Notes: generated by a model not told the origin, from the letters alone. Positions 45,401 through 58,185 are shown, numbered from the whole stretch's first letter. The stretch is DNA of 62,926 nucleotides, filler included, from Reclinomonas americana ATCC 50394 (GCA_048213135.1; 4 parts of 3 records of this genome joined end to end with filler, not necessarily neighbours in it); one strand, 5' to 3'. Numbers and translations are program-made.

Positions 45401-47373
45401 CGGTGGTGTGATCACTGGCGGCAGTGTGACGACCGCTGGTTCTCTTCAAGGCGGCAGCGTCAGCACTCTTGGCGTCATCAATGCCGGTGGCCTGATTACC
45501 GGCGGCAGCGTGACGACGGCTGGTTCGCTGCAAGGCGGCAGTATCAGCACCCTCGGCGTGATCAATGCCGGTGGTGTGATTACTGGCGGCAGTGTGACGA
45601 CCGCCGGTTCTCTGCAAGGCGGCAGCATCAGCACTCTCGGCGTCATCAACGCTGGTGGCTTGATTACTGGCGGCAGTGTGACGACCGCTGGTTCGCTGCA
45701 AGGCGGCAGCATCAGCACTCTGGGTGTGATCAATGCCGGTGGTTTGATTACTGGCGGCAGTGTGACGACCGCTGGCTCTCTTCAAGGCGGCAGCATCAGC
45801 ACCCTCGGTGTGATCAATGCCGGCGGTTTGATTACTGGCGGCAGCGTGACGACAGCTGGCACTGTGCAGGGCCTGTCTCTCAGCGCATCTGGTGTCATCA
45901 GCGGTGGCAGTGTGACCACTGTGGGTTCTCTGCAAGGCGGCAGCATCAGCACCCTCGGCGTGATCAATGCCGGTGGTCTGATTACCGGCGGCAGTGTGAC
46001 AACCGCCGGGTCTCTGCAAGGCGGCAGCATCAGCACCCTCGGCGTTGTCAACGCTGGTGGTGTGATTACTGGCGGCAGTGTGACGACAGCCGGCTCTCTG
46101 CAGGGCGGCAGCATCAGCACTCTCGGCGTGATCAACGCTGGCGGTCTGATTACTGGCGGCAGTGTGACCACTGTGGGCTCACTGCAAGGCGGTAGCGTCA
46201 GCACTCTCGGCGTGATTAACGCTGGCGGTCTTATCACCGGTGGCAGTGTGACGACCGCTGGTTCGCTGCAAGGCGGCAGCATCAGCACCCTCGGTGTGAT
46301 CAATGCCGGCGGTTTGATTACTGGCGGCAGCGTGACGACGGCTGGCACAGTACAGGGCCTGTCTCTCAGCGCATCTGGTGTCATCGGCGGCGGAAGTGTG
46401 ACCACTGTGGGCTCTCTGCAAGGCGGCAGCGTAAGCACTCTCGGCGTGATCAATGCCGGTGGCTTGATTACCGGCGGCAGCGTGACGACAGCCGGCTCTC
46501 TCCAAGGCGGCAGCATCAGCACCCTCGGCGTTATCAACGCTGGTGGTGTGATAACTGGCGGCAGTGTCACCACCGCCGGCTCTCTCCAAGGCGGCAGCAT
46601 CAGCACCCTCGGCGTTATCAACGCTGGTGGTGTGATAACTGGCGGCAGTGTCACCACCGCCGGGTCTCTGCAAGGCGGCAGCATCAGCACTCTCGGCGTT
46701 ATCAACGCTGGTGGTGTGATTACTGGCGGCAGTGTGACGACAGCCGGCTCTCTGCAGGGCGGCAGCATCAGCACTCTCGGCGTGATCAACGCCGGCGGTC
46801 TGATTACTGGCGGCAGTGTTACGACGGCTGGCACAGTACAGGGCCTGTCTCTCAGCGCATCTGGTGTCATCAGCGGCGGAAGTGTGACCACTGTGGGCTC
46901 TCTGCAAGGCGGCAGCGTAAGCACTCTCGGCGTGATCAATGCCGGTGGCCTGATTACTGGCGGTAGCGTGACGACAGCTGGTTCTCTTCAAGGCGGCAGC
47001 ATCAGCACTCTGGGTGTAATCAATGCCGGGGGTCTGATTACCGGCGGCAGTGTGACGACAGCTGGTTCTCTGCAAGGCGGTAGCGTCAGCACCCTCGGCG
47101 TGATCAACGCTGGCGGTCTGATCACCGGTGGTAGTGTGACGACCGCTGGTTCTCTTCAAGGCGGCAGCATCAGCACTCTGGGTGTGATCAATGCCGGTGG
47201 TGTGATTACTGGCGGCAGTGTGACGACAGCTGGTTCGCTGCAAGGCGGCAGCATCAGCACCCTCGGCGTGATCAATGCCGGTGGTGTGATTACTGGCGGC
47301 AGCGTGACGACCGCTGGCTCGCTGCAAGGCGGCAGCATCAGCACCCTCGGTGTGATGAATGCCGGCGGTTTGA
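36469..47373 (+). CDS. Giant Gly/Ser/Thr/Val-rich beta-repeat (beta-helix/fibre-like) protein, both ends missing
   Basis: About 13 short exons (36469-39922) encode repeated LxLG..FTIxRP..TxIxGQ..GGxLxLxxGxG..GxVxIG modules. They are followed by an intronless tandem array from 40405 to the scaffold end that is open in one frame within every contig. Confidence 0.85.
40600..47373 (+). repeat. Coding tandem array: 66-bp units (SGGSVTTVGSLQSGSVSTFGVI) to about 42400, then 84-bp units (GGSVTTAGSLQGGSISTLGVINAGGLIT) with interspersed GTVQGLSLSASGVIS variants
   Basis: Directly visible periodicity; differences between units are mostly at synonymous third positions. Confidence 0.95.
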
Positions 47374-47417
47374 NNNNNNNNNNNNNNNNNNNNNNNNNNN
47401 NNNNNNNNNNNNNNNNN

Positions 47418-47429
47418 TTAATTAATTAA
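47418..47429. other. Artificial scaffold-joining linker
   Basis: TTAATTAATTAA between N runs. Confidence 0.97.
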
Positions 47430-47473
47430 NNNNNNNNNNNNNNNNNNNNNNNNNNNNNNNNNNNNNNNNNNNN

Positions 47474-47680
47474 CTGGCGCACTGGAGCTACCAGGAGCAT
47501 AGACGTCCGTGGCGATCTCGGTGGCCAGCACAAATGGCGCTGCATGAGCACAGTCAGCTGCAGTCTTCTCTTCGTCAGTCGAGGACTCGCTGCGCACTCA
47601 CATGCACTGATAAGAACAATCACCGCAAGAGCCACCAGCAGAGCGGCGCGCTGGCGAGGCTGGGTACACGTGGATGCCAT
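47474..47680 (-). CDS. 5' end of a secreted/membrane protein (truncated at scaffold edge)
   Basis: ATG at 47680, MASTCTQPRQRAALLVALAVIVLISA signal-like peptide followed by a GTGAGT donor. Confidence 0.5.
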
Positions 47681-48106
47681 AGCGCGCGCGCCGACAATGA
47701 ATTTCACAATAAATATCCCGTCGTCCCCCACAACAACTTTGTTCGCTCGGCAACAAAGCACACTTGATGGCAGCTGCGACCCATATCTGCAACATCGACA
47801 AAGAGTACTAGTGGTCCCCAATATCAATTATAAATCTGCAGATGTACATGTCGGCGACGCCCACCAATGGACTGCAGCTGGCCGGCCATGGCGCAATTGC
47901 AAGTCAACCCATCGAGCATCGCCGACCGGTCAGCAGCAGGTGGTCTCTCGCAGCTTCACAACGATCGCGATCGCCAGCTGCATATGCACCCTTGATACAC
48001 GCGACTCCACCCCTTTGCCACTTACGCCGGGCTAAGAAAAAAGGATCAAAAAAAGCGATCTGCGGAGCTGTCTGTCCTGCACAATTCATACTTCATATCA
48101 TACATC

Positions 48107-49688
48107 ATGCGCTCCGCACGTGGAGAGCGCTCCCGCGCGCTCACCTGCTGCGTGACCGCGCTGATCGCCTGCCTCGTGCTGCTCACCACCGCCCTGACCC
48201 TCTCCCTGACACGCTCATCGCCACGCGCCGACACTCGCGATCTGTTGCGCGCAGTGGAGCCGAGTGTCGCCCAGCGTCTGGGAGTGCGTCACTGCATCAC
48301 TCGTCGCGTGGACACGGCATCAGTCAAAACGGTGGTGGAGCTCACTGCAGAGGAGCAACGCGATGAGCAGCTGTTGCGCGCACGTCTGGGACCGCACAGC
48401 GCACTGCTTCCATCGCGCATTCGCACGCACGCGGAGGGCGAGGAGGAGTTTCTCACTGTGTTTGTCACACATCGTCGCAACTACGATCGCATACGCACTG
48501 CGCGTGAGACGTTTCTGCGTGGAATGCCGTACGAATGTGCTGGCGATGTGGACGATGAAGAGCTGCATTGTCGCGCGTTTGTGGAGCCGCAGCGCAAGCA
48601 GCAGTTGCAGGAGGGAGAGTTGGTGCACTTTAACAACCCGGCCGATGCGCGGGCGTTGCCGGCGGTGCTGTATGCCAATGTGACGTACAATGTACGGCCG
48701 GAGGAGGAGGAGCGGGAGAGCGATCGCGACCGTGGTGTTGGTTTTCGCTGGTTGGTGATGGCCGACGACGACACGTGGCTCGCCGTGTCGCACTTGTCGC
48801 TCAAGCTGGGCGCGTTGGATCACACGCGGCCGTACTTTCTCGGCTTTCCGCACGACAATGATGCGAATGAGTGCACGGTGTGTTGGTGTGGTGGTGAAGG
48901 AGAGAGGGAGGACGAAGAACTCACCCACTGTTGTGCAGAATCCTGGCGGCGACGAGTCAACCGTGGTGCGTGTGGACGACTGACAGAGAGATGAGAACTC
49001 CTGTCGTTTCACACGTGTTGTGCAGGGTTGTTGTCGCGGCGACGTGATGCAAGAGTGTCGCATGAGCGAGTTCTACGGGCGACCGAAGTCGTTTGTGGCG
49101 CCGTCGTGTGCGCCGACCGCCAATCACCCGTACGGCGGTGTCGGGTACGTGTTGAGTGTGGGTCTCCTCAACGCCATCTCGGAGGAGCACTGGAGGTTGG
49201 TTGTTGCACGCTCCTCACCGTCGATCGACGATACATGACTGACGTGGAGTTGCAGGTCTTGCGTCGAGCACATTATGTGTGGTGGCGGCGACACGCGGGT
49301 GGCGTTGTGCATCGAGCGTGCTGGCTTTGCGGTGAGTGGCGATGGTGCATGATTCTGTGCTGATCTTTTGTGACTCACGTGCCGACAGCTGACCTACATG
49401 GACGGAGGCCAGTTCGTGGCGCCCATCTCGCTCGACGAGGTGCCGGAGAGCGTGGTCTCGTGGCACCGGGCCGCCGGGCCAAAATTCGCGTGGATCTGGG
49501 AGCGTGAGCAGCAAACAGTGCGTCTCGGTGTGGTCCGCGTTTCGCAGCGCTGCGCGGAGACTGACAACAAACTCGCACAGATTGCCTTGCCTCGTTACGA
49601 CGAATCCGTGCGTGCACACATGCGGGCGCGACTGGCCCGCCCGCTCGACATTCATCGCGTCGAGGAGTGCCGGTGGGGTTGGAAGTGA
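48107..49688 (+). CDS. GT31 Fringe / core-1 beta-1,3-glycosyltransferase-like type II membrane protein
   Basis: N-terminal TM (ALTCCVTALIACLVLLTTAL), FRWLVMADDDTW (DDD motif), LDHTRPYFLG, YGGVGYVLSVGLL, GGDTRVALCIERAG; TGA at 49686-49688. Confidence 0.85.
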
Positions 49689-50073
49689 CCGGCAGACAAC
49701 GTGGCGCTACAGAAGACGCTCCAGTGTGCCAGAGGCCACCTTAAGCTGACGGACTTGATCGATGGCTGTCGATCGTTGGGCTTGATGATGGTGTTGAGCA
49801 CAATGATCGCGAGCCCACCAGCAGCGGGTGGTGTCTCCCCTCAGCAGCCTCATTCGATTGATGATCATGAGGAGAGAAACGGCGCGGCGACGTCAGTTGT
49901 CCATGCGACGTCGTAATGAAGTCGAGCATAACAGCTCTCTTCTTTCTTTGCACATCGCAGCTAAACGGCTCACAGTATTGCACTCTCTCTGCTGCACCAA
50001 CTCACGCCAGCAAACTGACGTCGGTGGTCGTCGTGTGCGGGACAACACTTGGCACGCGCTGGCACGACGGAGC

Positions 50074-52200
50074 ATGCACTCAGTGCCATCGGCCTCGCGC
50101 CGCCTCTTCTTTGCGCGATCGCTGGGACTGGCCATTCCCATTGTTGTGCTGCTCTTCACCATGGCTCTGGTTGCTTGGTCGACCGCACAAGAGGAGCAGG
50201 AGCGATTCGTTCGCGAACATCGCGATCATCTCGACCTCGACGAGCACGATCACCACCATCGTGACGACATCGATGCTGAGTCACCTCCTTCTCCTCCTCC
50301 TCCCCCTCCTGCTCCCTCGAAACATGAGGAAGACGAGGTCGATATCGACCAGGAGGAGATGGAAGACGAGCTCGAGGAGGAGGAGGAGGAAGACGATGTT
50401 TTTGAAGACGATGGGCATCATCATCATCGTTGCGGCTGAGTGCGCGCGTGTGTATGTGAGAGAGAAGCGATCGCGCACGTGACTGACAAAGGGCTGCAGC
50501 GGAGAGCAAGGATAAGCCCAGTGAGAGACGAGAGACAGCAGCAGCAGGTGAGAGCGCGATCCGATTGTCATGCATGGNNNNNNNNNNNNNNNNNNNNNNN
50601 NNNNNNNNNNNNNNNNNNNNNNNNNNNNNNNNNNNNNNNNNNNNNNNNNNNNNNNNNNNNNNNNNNNNNNNNNNNNNNNNNNNNNNNNNNNNNNNNNNNN
50701 NNNNNNNNNNNNNNNNNNNNNNNACAACTGCTGACACTGTTGCAGCTCCTTCGTCTTCTCCTCCGCCTTCACCTCCGCCTCCACCTCCTTCCCCAGCAAC
50801 GACAGCGCCTGGTGGATCGCGAGGCAAGGTCTTCCTCGCTGGAGTGGTTCTCTTTCGGATCTTTGGCGGCGATGCGTTCCGCATGAGCAGTCAGGATGTC
50901 GTGCACTGGGTTCGCCTATCCTTCCGTCCATCATGCCTAGCGAGTGCCTTGATTGTTGACGATTGCGTGGGCGCAGGTGGAGTACATGTTCCGCGCCGGC
51001 GTGCAACGCTTGTTTGTGTACGACAATGCGCACTCGGATAGCGAGTCGCAGCAGTCGGCACTGGCGCCGTATGTTGCGTGCGACTGGCGGGGGCGACTGT
51101 TGTGATGTGATGCTGAGNNNNNNNNNNNNNNNNNNNNNNNNNNNNNNNNNNNNNNNNNNNNNNNNNNNNNNNNNNNNNNNNNNNNNNNNNNNNNNNNNNN
51201 NNNNNNNNNNNNNNNNNNNCCTCCATCGTGTGCGCAGATTGCCACTGGACACGTCGTGTATGAGCGCATGGAGGGCGAGTATCACCAGGTGCGCGACAAT
51301 GAGGCACACACACGCACGTGCTGCGATTGAAGCTCACGAGCAGCGCTTTTGCACAGACGCAGCTGGCGGCGTATATCGATGCCGTCAACAAGCACGGGAG
51401 CGAGTTGCGTGGCTTTGCATGGGCAGATGTGCCTCGCTTCCAGCCCACTCATTCATTCGTACGCAGAGCGACGTGGTTCATCACAGTCGATGTGGACGAG
51501 TATCCGTTCTGCCCGCCCGACACCAAGCCCGGTTTCATCGCGCGCTGGGTGGCGGACAACACGCAACTGGGTGCCGAGGACGAGTTCACGACGCAGATCG
51601 AGTTGCCGAATCTCTTCTTCTTGGGCACACGACTGCCGAAGCGCGAGCCCGACCAAGTCATGCTGATCCAGCGCTTCCGCTGGCGCATGCGCGAGGTGAG
51701 CGGATCGTGTGTTGCACTGGAGTGCGCACAGTGACACTGACATGCATGCAGGTGGAGGGCATGGAGATCACACATCGGTCGCGCATCAAACCGATTTTCA
51801 AGGTGTCGGCTCTGCAGCGTCCGTTTGCCAACACCAGCAATGTGAGCCCCGTGCAAGCGGGATCCCTCCCACCCTCCCTTCTTCTCACTCACCTTCTCGC
51901 ACAGTTCCCGCACGTCTTGCAAATGGCCCGCGGTCGCACCGAAATCCTGCACCCGGACACGGAGTGCCGTATCAATCATTACTGGGGCGAGCGATTGCAC
52001 GACAATAATCACGACATTCCAACGCCACCCGAGGTTCGTCGATACGGCAATCATGGCGTGTCACCATTCTCCGTTCTCACCGAGGCGCTTCGCAGATCTT
52101 GTCGAAAACGATCGAGGACGGCAGTGCACTGACGCCAGCAGCGGATGTCTTGCAACGGTTCGTGCAGGCGTTCCTCGCGTCCATGCCGCGCGATCTTTGA
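50074..52200 (+). CDS. GT92/GT-A fold glycosyltransferase, type II membrane protein with acidic/His-rich stem
   Basis: TM (LGLAIPIVVLLFTMALVAW). Spliced motifs HWVEYMFRAGVQRLFVYDN, LAPYIATGHV, WFITVDVDEY (DxD), RINHYWG; TGA at 52198-52200. Start codon uncertain. Confidence 0.8.
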
Positions 52201-52386
52201 CCTCACCTCCCCCTCTGTGGCAGAATGAGAACACCGTGGGCACAACGCGCCGCCGCGTGGGACGCCGAGCTGGCCTCCATGCTCCGAAACGCCGTAATGG
52301 ATTAGACGCATATTGAACAATTTTCTCTATTTTTCTCTCGTCGTACTATCGTTCTCTTGCCAAGCTCCACTACACCGGAATTCAGG

Positions 52387-55300
52387 TCAATCGCCCTCCT
52401 CGGCGCGATCATCATCCGGCACCGCCTCTGGGCCGTCGTCAAACCACGGCGGTTCGGCGACTTCCCATCGCGACCGATCCGGGTCGACCCACACCGGCAC
52501 TTGCTGCGTCTCGAACTTGATGAGTGGCGCCGCTGGATCGCCCGCCATGTACCTCCACGCGTGCAAGAAGATGGACAGGCGCTCGGGCTTGGGGATCGGG
52601 TCGTCGCCCATGTCAAACGGCAGCAGGGTGCCGTGCACACACTCGCCACAGAACGGATCATACTCCTCGTCGTCGACGGAAGGCGCCGCCGCCGCCGTCG
52701 CAGACACGGCTGTCGACTCGCCACCCTCTGCCGCCGCCGCCGCCGCCGTCGCCGACGCGTCACCAGCCTCGCTCACTTTTCTGCGCTTGAGATCGGGCTC
52801 ACCATCGTCATCGGCGGCGGCCGTGGCGGCAGCGCCACTCCCGCTTCCCTCCCCACCATCGGCAGGCCTCTGTTCCCGCTTCCCGGCTCCCAGCACACCC
52901 GCTCCGTCGTCATCCACATCCGGTAGCTGTCGCTTCTGCCGACGCTCGTCCGCCAGCTTCTTCTCCTCCTCTTCGTGCGTGCCCAGCAGGAAGCCGTAGG
53001 CCGAATCGCGCGCGAGCGGATGCCCCGTGTGCTGCAGGTGCACGCGAATTTGGTGCGTGCGACCCGTCTTCGGGTAGCACACGACCACACTCTCGTTGCT
53101 GGCGGCGTCGTAGTACAGCCGGTACACAATGGTCAGCGACGGCCGGCCTCCCGGCGCACACCGATACATGCCGTCGCGCTCGCTGATGCACGCAATGGGC
53201 GCATCGATGACGGTGCGGCCGGGCGGGAACTCGCCACGCACGCGCGCCAGGTACGCCTTCTTGACGCGTCGGTCGCGAAACTCGTCGTGGATGGGGTTGG
53301 CCGTGGCGCGGTCCTTGGCGATGACCAGGAGGCCGGAGGTGAGGCGGTCGAGGCGGTGGACGGCTGCGAGAGGGGAATGAAAGGGGAAAAGGGATTGAGG
53401 GGATAAAGGGGGAAAAGGGGAAGGGGGATAAAGGGGGAAGAAAAAGGGGAAGGAGAAGGGGAAGGGGATAAAGGGGAAGAGGAAGAGAAGAGACAGGAGG
53501 CAGACGAACACACACGGGAGAAAGGAGAGGAAGAAGAGGGAAGCAGGCGTGAAGGAGAGACTCATGAGTGAAGAGGATGAGGAGAGAGAGAGAGGAAGAG
53601 AGGAAGAGGGAACGGACGAAGGGGAGACTGAGGGTAACAATGCACAAGAGCAGAAAGGAGAGGAGGAAGAGGAAGAAGGCGTGCATCTCAAGATTGAAGG
53701 GGATGAGAAAGAAATGAGAGAGGAGGCGGACGAAGGGGAAACAACAGTGTGCAAGAACGGAACGGAGAGGAAGAAGAGGGGGATTGCATGCACGGGCAAG
53801 AGGAATGAATGAGAAGAGAGAGAGAGAGAGGAGACGGACGATGGAGAGGCTGAAGACCGAACGCTGCAACGTGCAAGAACAACGGGAAATGCATGCAAAG
53901 GGAAGAGGAATGAATGAGAAGAGAGACGAGAGAGGAGAGACAGTCCTCTTCCCCCTCTCCCCCCTTCTCCTCCCCTTCCTTCCCCTCCTCCTCGCCTCTC
54001 CCTCCACCCACGCAACGATGCAGCTTGCCTCCCTTCGGCACCGACTCCTTATGCTCCCTCTGCAAGATCTCCAGCACCGAGTTCCTCCGATACCGCCCGC
54101 ACGGATGCACGGGAATCGACGACGGTTTATCCAACACCAGCAAATGCTCATTGTCAAACACCACTCCAATCGCCTGCGCGACCACTGGTGCCTCGTGACT
54201 GTGCACGCGATGAGTGATGCAATCGCCGTTGCGGATGACGTAGTCGGCGTGCGTTGGCTTGCCGTTGACCAGCATGCGACCGGCGGTTATCGCGCGTCGG
54301 TAGTAGGTCGGTGAGCGAAAGGTGAACTCTTGTGTCATGATGGCGATCAGAGGCTTGCCCACCCACCGACCTANNNNNNNNNNNNNNNNNNNNNNNNNNN
54401 NNNNNNNNNNNNNNNNNNNNNNNNNNNNNNNNNNNNNNNNNNNNNNNNNNNNNNNNNNNNNNNNNNNNNNNNNNNNNNNNNNNNNNNNNNNNNNNNNNNN
54501 NNNNNNNNNNNNNNNNNNNNNNNNNNNNNNNNNNNNNNNNNNNNNNNNNNNNNNNNNNNNNNNNNNNNNNNNNNNNNNNNNNNNNNNNNNNNNNNNNNNN
54601 NNNNNNNNNNNNNNNNNNNNNNNNNNNNNNNNNNNNNNNNNNNNNNNNNNNNNNNNNNNNNNNNNNNNNNNNNNNNNNNNNNNNNNNNNNNNNNNNNNNN
54701 NNNNNNNNNNNNNNNNNNNNNNNNNNNNNNNNNNNNNNNNNNNNNNNNNNNNNNNNNNNNNNNNNNNNNNNNNNNNNNNNNNNNNNNNNNNNNNNNNNNN
54801 NNNNNNNNNNNNNNNNNNNNNNNNNNNNNNNNNNNNNNNNNNNNNNNNNNNNNNNNNNNNNNNNNNNNNNNNNNNNNNNNNNNNNNNNNNNNNNNNNNNN
54901 NNNNNNNNNNNNNNNNNNNNNNNNNNNNNNNNNNNNNNNNNNNNNNNNNNNNNNNNNNNNNNNNNNNNNNNNNNNNNNNNNNNNNNNNNNNNNNNNNNNN
55001 NNNNNNNNNNNNNNNNNNNNNNNNNNNNNNNNNNNNNNNNNNNNNNNNNNNNNNNNNNNNNNNNNNNNNNNNNNNNNNNNNNNNNNNNNNNNNNNNNNNN
55101 NNNNNNNNNNNNNNNNNNNNNNNNNNNNNNNNNNNNNNNNNNNNNNNNNNNNNNNNNNNNNNNNNNNNNNNNNNNNNNNNNNNNNNNNNNNNNNNNNNNN
55201 NNNNNNNNNNNNNNNNNNNNNNNNNNNNNNNNNNNNNNNNNNNNNNNNNNNNNNNNNNNNNNNNNNNNNNNNNNNNNNNNNNNNNNNNNNNNNNNNNNNN

Positions 55301-55471
55301 NNNNNNNNNNNNNNNNNNNNNNNNNNNNNNNNNNNNNNNNTTGTCAGCAGTGAGCGAGTGTGTGTGCTGTGTGTGAGAGAGCGCAGTGAGTGTACCCTTG
55401 GCGTAGGTCGATGAGGTGTGGAAGTAGGGCCGCACAAAGCGGCAGCCGCTCTCGAAGCGATAGTCGCTCAT
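52387..55471 (-). CDS. RluA-family pseudouridine synthase (RPUSD2/Pus8/Pus9-like) with S4-like domain
   Basis: MSDYRFESGCRFVRPY...AKGRWVG, S4-like RAITAGRMLVNGK, LDKPSSIPVHPCGRYRRNS, LHPVHRLDRLTSG (catalytic Asp; restored by intron 54016-53369), PKTGRTHQIRVHLQHTGHPL, IFLHAWRY. Confidence 0.93.
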
Positions 55472-55799
55472 CGCAATTGTGACAAACAGCTGGTGGTAGT
55501 GGGACACAATGATGACGGACGTTTGGTGCTTTGGAGCACGCAGATGCATCGGGAAGAGAGGTCGAGAAAGCAACTAGCTCAAATGTACATTGTTGTGAGA
55601 AACAAGAAAGGAAAGAGTGCGGAAGAGCTTGAAGAAGAAACTGCAAGCTAGGAAAGGTCCAGAGGTGGCGATGCACCGCCGCGGCACTGTAGCCTCCTCG
55701 ACGACGAAGCAACGCAACACCATCCGGCAGACAGCGAATTCATTTCATCTGCGTCTGGATTCTGCAAGGCATGAGTGTCAGCCTATGTCCTCAAGCTCG

Positions 55800-56103
55800 T
55801 CAAAAGTGCAGCTCGGGATCCGCGAAGCAGCGATAGACCACGACCTCGGCCTCCTCCACAATGAAGCAACGCAGCACCATCTCTGGCAAGCACCGGGAGT
55901 CCACGTCGTCCTCGCTCGCCCCCTGCAATTGCATTTCTTGAACAGCTTGCATGGCCGAGCGCGCACAGTCGAGTTCCTGTCGCGCGAGACCACATGGCGT
56001 CGACCACACTCGCACAGTCGTGTCGCCACTCCCACTGACAACGTGCTGGCCGTCGGGAGTGAGGGCGACAGCCTGCACCACAACACCGTGACCTGCCAAC
56101 CGT
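55800..56103 (-). CDS. C-terminal part of a WD40-repeat protein (5' truncated)
   Basis: GHGVVVQAVALTPDGQHVVSGSGDTTVRVW is a canonical WD40 repeat; TGA at 55800-55802. Confidence 0.8.
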
Positions 56104-56147
56104 NNNNNNNNNNNNNNNNNNNNNNNNNNNNNNNNNNNNNNNNNNNN

Positions 56148-56159
56148 TTAATTAATTAA
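56148..56159. other. Artificial scaffold-joining linker
   Basis: TTAATTAATTAA between N runs. Confidence 0.97.
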
Positions 56160-56579
56160 NNNNNNNNNNNNNNNNNNNNNNNNNNNNNNNNNNNNNNNNN
56201 NNNGGGAAAGGGAAAGGGAGAGTGGGGAGAGAAAGGAGAAGGGGAGGAGGGAGAGAGAAGGGGAGAAAGGCAGGAAGAGGAGGCAGAGGAAGACAGTGGG
56301 AGATATGGGAGAAAGGAGGAAGAGGAAGAGAAAGGGAGATTTGGGAAAGGTGAAGGAGGGAGAGATTGACGATGAGAAAGTAGACAGATGGGAGAGGAGA
56401 AGGTGGAGACCTGGGCGAAAGGGATAGTGATGCAGTTGGAACGGTGCAGATATAATATGGAGATGGGAATAGAGTACAATAGGCGTCGTGTTTGGTAGCT
56501 GTGTGGCACTTGATTTCTCCTCGCGTTCCAAGCATGTTTCTGGTTTATCTGTGGTGTGCTCACATGTTGAAAATTTCAG

Positions 56580-58185
56580 GAAACGCACTCAATGGCGAGC
56601 GCGCCAGTGAGGCGGAGCGCCGTCGAGCGGCCGACGCAGAGTTGGTGTCGTTGCAGCGGCAGTTGGCGGCCTCGCGGCAGGAGATCACCGAGATCACCAT
56701 TGAGCGCGACGAGCTGACGACGCAGCTGCGTGCGGCTGATGCCGGTAGCAAGAAGAAGGACGAGGAGCGCAGTGCGCGACAGGAGGCCGTGCTCAAGAAG
56801 CGACTGCAGGCGGCGGAGACAGAGCACCGGCGCCAGCAGATCGAGGCCGATCAGCAGGTGGCCGCGCTCGATGCCGAGCTCAGCTACATGCTGTCGTCGA
56901 TTTTCACCTCGGAGGGCATCACGACCAAGGTGACAACGAGGAGCACGATTGACTCGCTGCGCAACTCGCTGGGACCGGAGTTTGCACGCATGTTGGAGGA
57001 TGTGCAGCGCGTGATCGAGACACTCGTCAGCGAGCTGAATAAGCAGACGGCCACAGCGCAAGAGTTGCGCAACCGACTGAACAGCTTGGAGGCCGTCAAC
57101 GCGGCACTGGAGGCTCAATTGCAGGACGTGCGCAAGTCGTGGAAGACGGAGGAGGAAAAGTACGAAAAGTTGGTGGTGGAGCACGAGAGGCTGAAGAAGA
57201 TTCGCGAACAGTTGCGTGCACACACACACTTTCATTGGCGTCATCTAGGAGTATTCCTGCTGCTGCTACTGACATTGTACTTGCTCAGGGCACTGAGCAA
57301 GGCCTCGGAGGTGTCTTCACATCTGCAGTCGCCGTCGGCGGCGGCGGCGGCGTCAGCCATGCATCGTCATCGTGTCTCGCGAACCACCACCGAGGAGTAC
57401 GACGAGTGGGAAGAGGAGGAGATGATGGAGGAGGACGAGGAGGATGAGGTCGAAATTGGCATGCAGCGTGGTGCTGGAGGGCACGGCAAGCGCGGCCGTC
57501 GGCGGTCGTCTGCCTCGCACCACATGTACTTGTCCTCCAACCAGTTTATGGCGTCCATCCGACCGAATCAGGGTTCTCGTGCCAGTCCGGCGTTGTCGGA
57601 GGCCAGCGAGCATTCGGTGAGAAAAAGGGGGGAAAGGGAGAAAAAGGGAAAGGGGGAGAGGGGAGAAGGAGGAAAGAGAGGGGAGAAGGAGGAAAGAGAG
57701 GGGAGAAGGAGGAAAAGGAAGATTTGGTTGTGTATGGGTTTCTTCATCCTCTCTACTTGCTGCAATCGTCAGTTGGACTGTGGTATCTTGTGGGTCTTGT
57801 TTTGCAATTCGTATCGTGCACAATGTGTAAGAATAAGTTGCTTATCCAGTACATATATAGTTCTCAATGATGCACGCTATGTGAGAGAGAATTGAGTGGT
57901 CTTTCTCGGCACATCCGTTCTTCTCATTGGTGCATCTCCTTTCATGCACACTGTGCGAGGAAGAAGTTCTCGACTGCTTTCTGCGGTTGTGTTCAGCATG
58001 TTGTTTCACCCATATGCGTCTTCTCTGTATCCCGTTGGAGCGCTTCTACTTCCTCACTCTTTCCACCGCAGGAGGAATCGGGCGTTTCGGGAGGAACACG
58101 GCGGTCGAGTGGATCCGGCATTTTGGCGGCACTGATGTCGCGTGGAGCCGCGGGTACTCACGGAGCATCGCCGAGGAGAAAGTAG
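56580..58185 (+). CDS. C-terminal part of a long coiled-coil protein
   Basis: Exons about 56580-57210, 57289-57616 and 58072-58185 (TAG). Heptad-like E/Q/R/L-rich sequence (LQRQLAASRQEITEITIERDELTTQL) with an acidic tail. Confidence 0.7.

Noticed and set aside
40666-47344. Long antisense ORFs (VVTLPPLITP repeats) and CRISPR-like periodicity in the array
   Set aside because: The antisense frames are shadows of the Gly/Ser/Thr codon repeat. The units have no unique spacers, and variation is synonymous in the plus frame.
40600-47373. Ice-nucleation protein
   Set aside because: It lacks the 16-aa AGYGSTxT period and regular TxT ladders; the period is 11/22/28 aa.
25116-56159. TTAATTAATTAA palindromes as a biological motif, and gene neighbourhoods across them
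   Set aside because: They are identical six-frame-stop linkers inside fixed N runs, i.e. concatenation artefacts. Synteny across them is meaningless.
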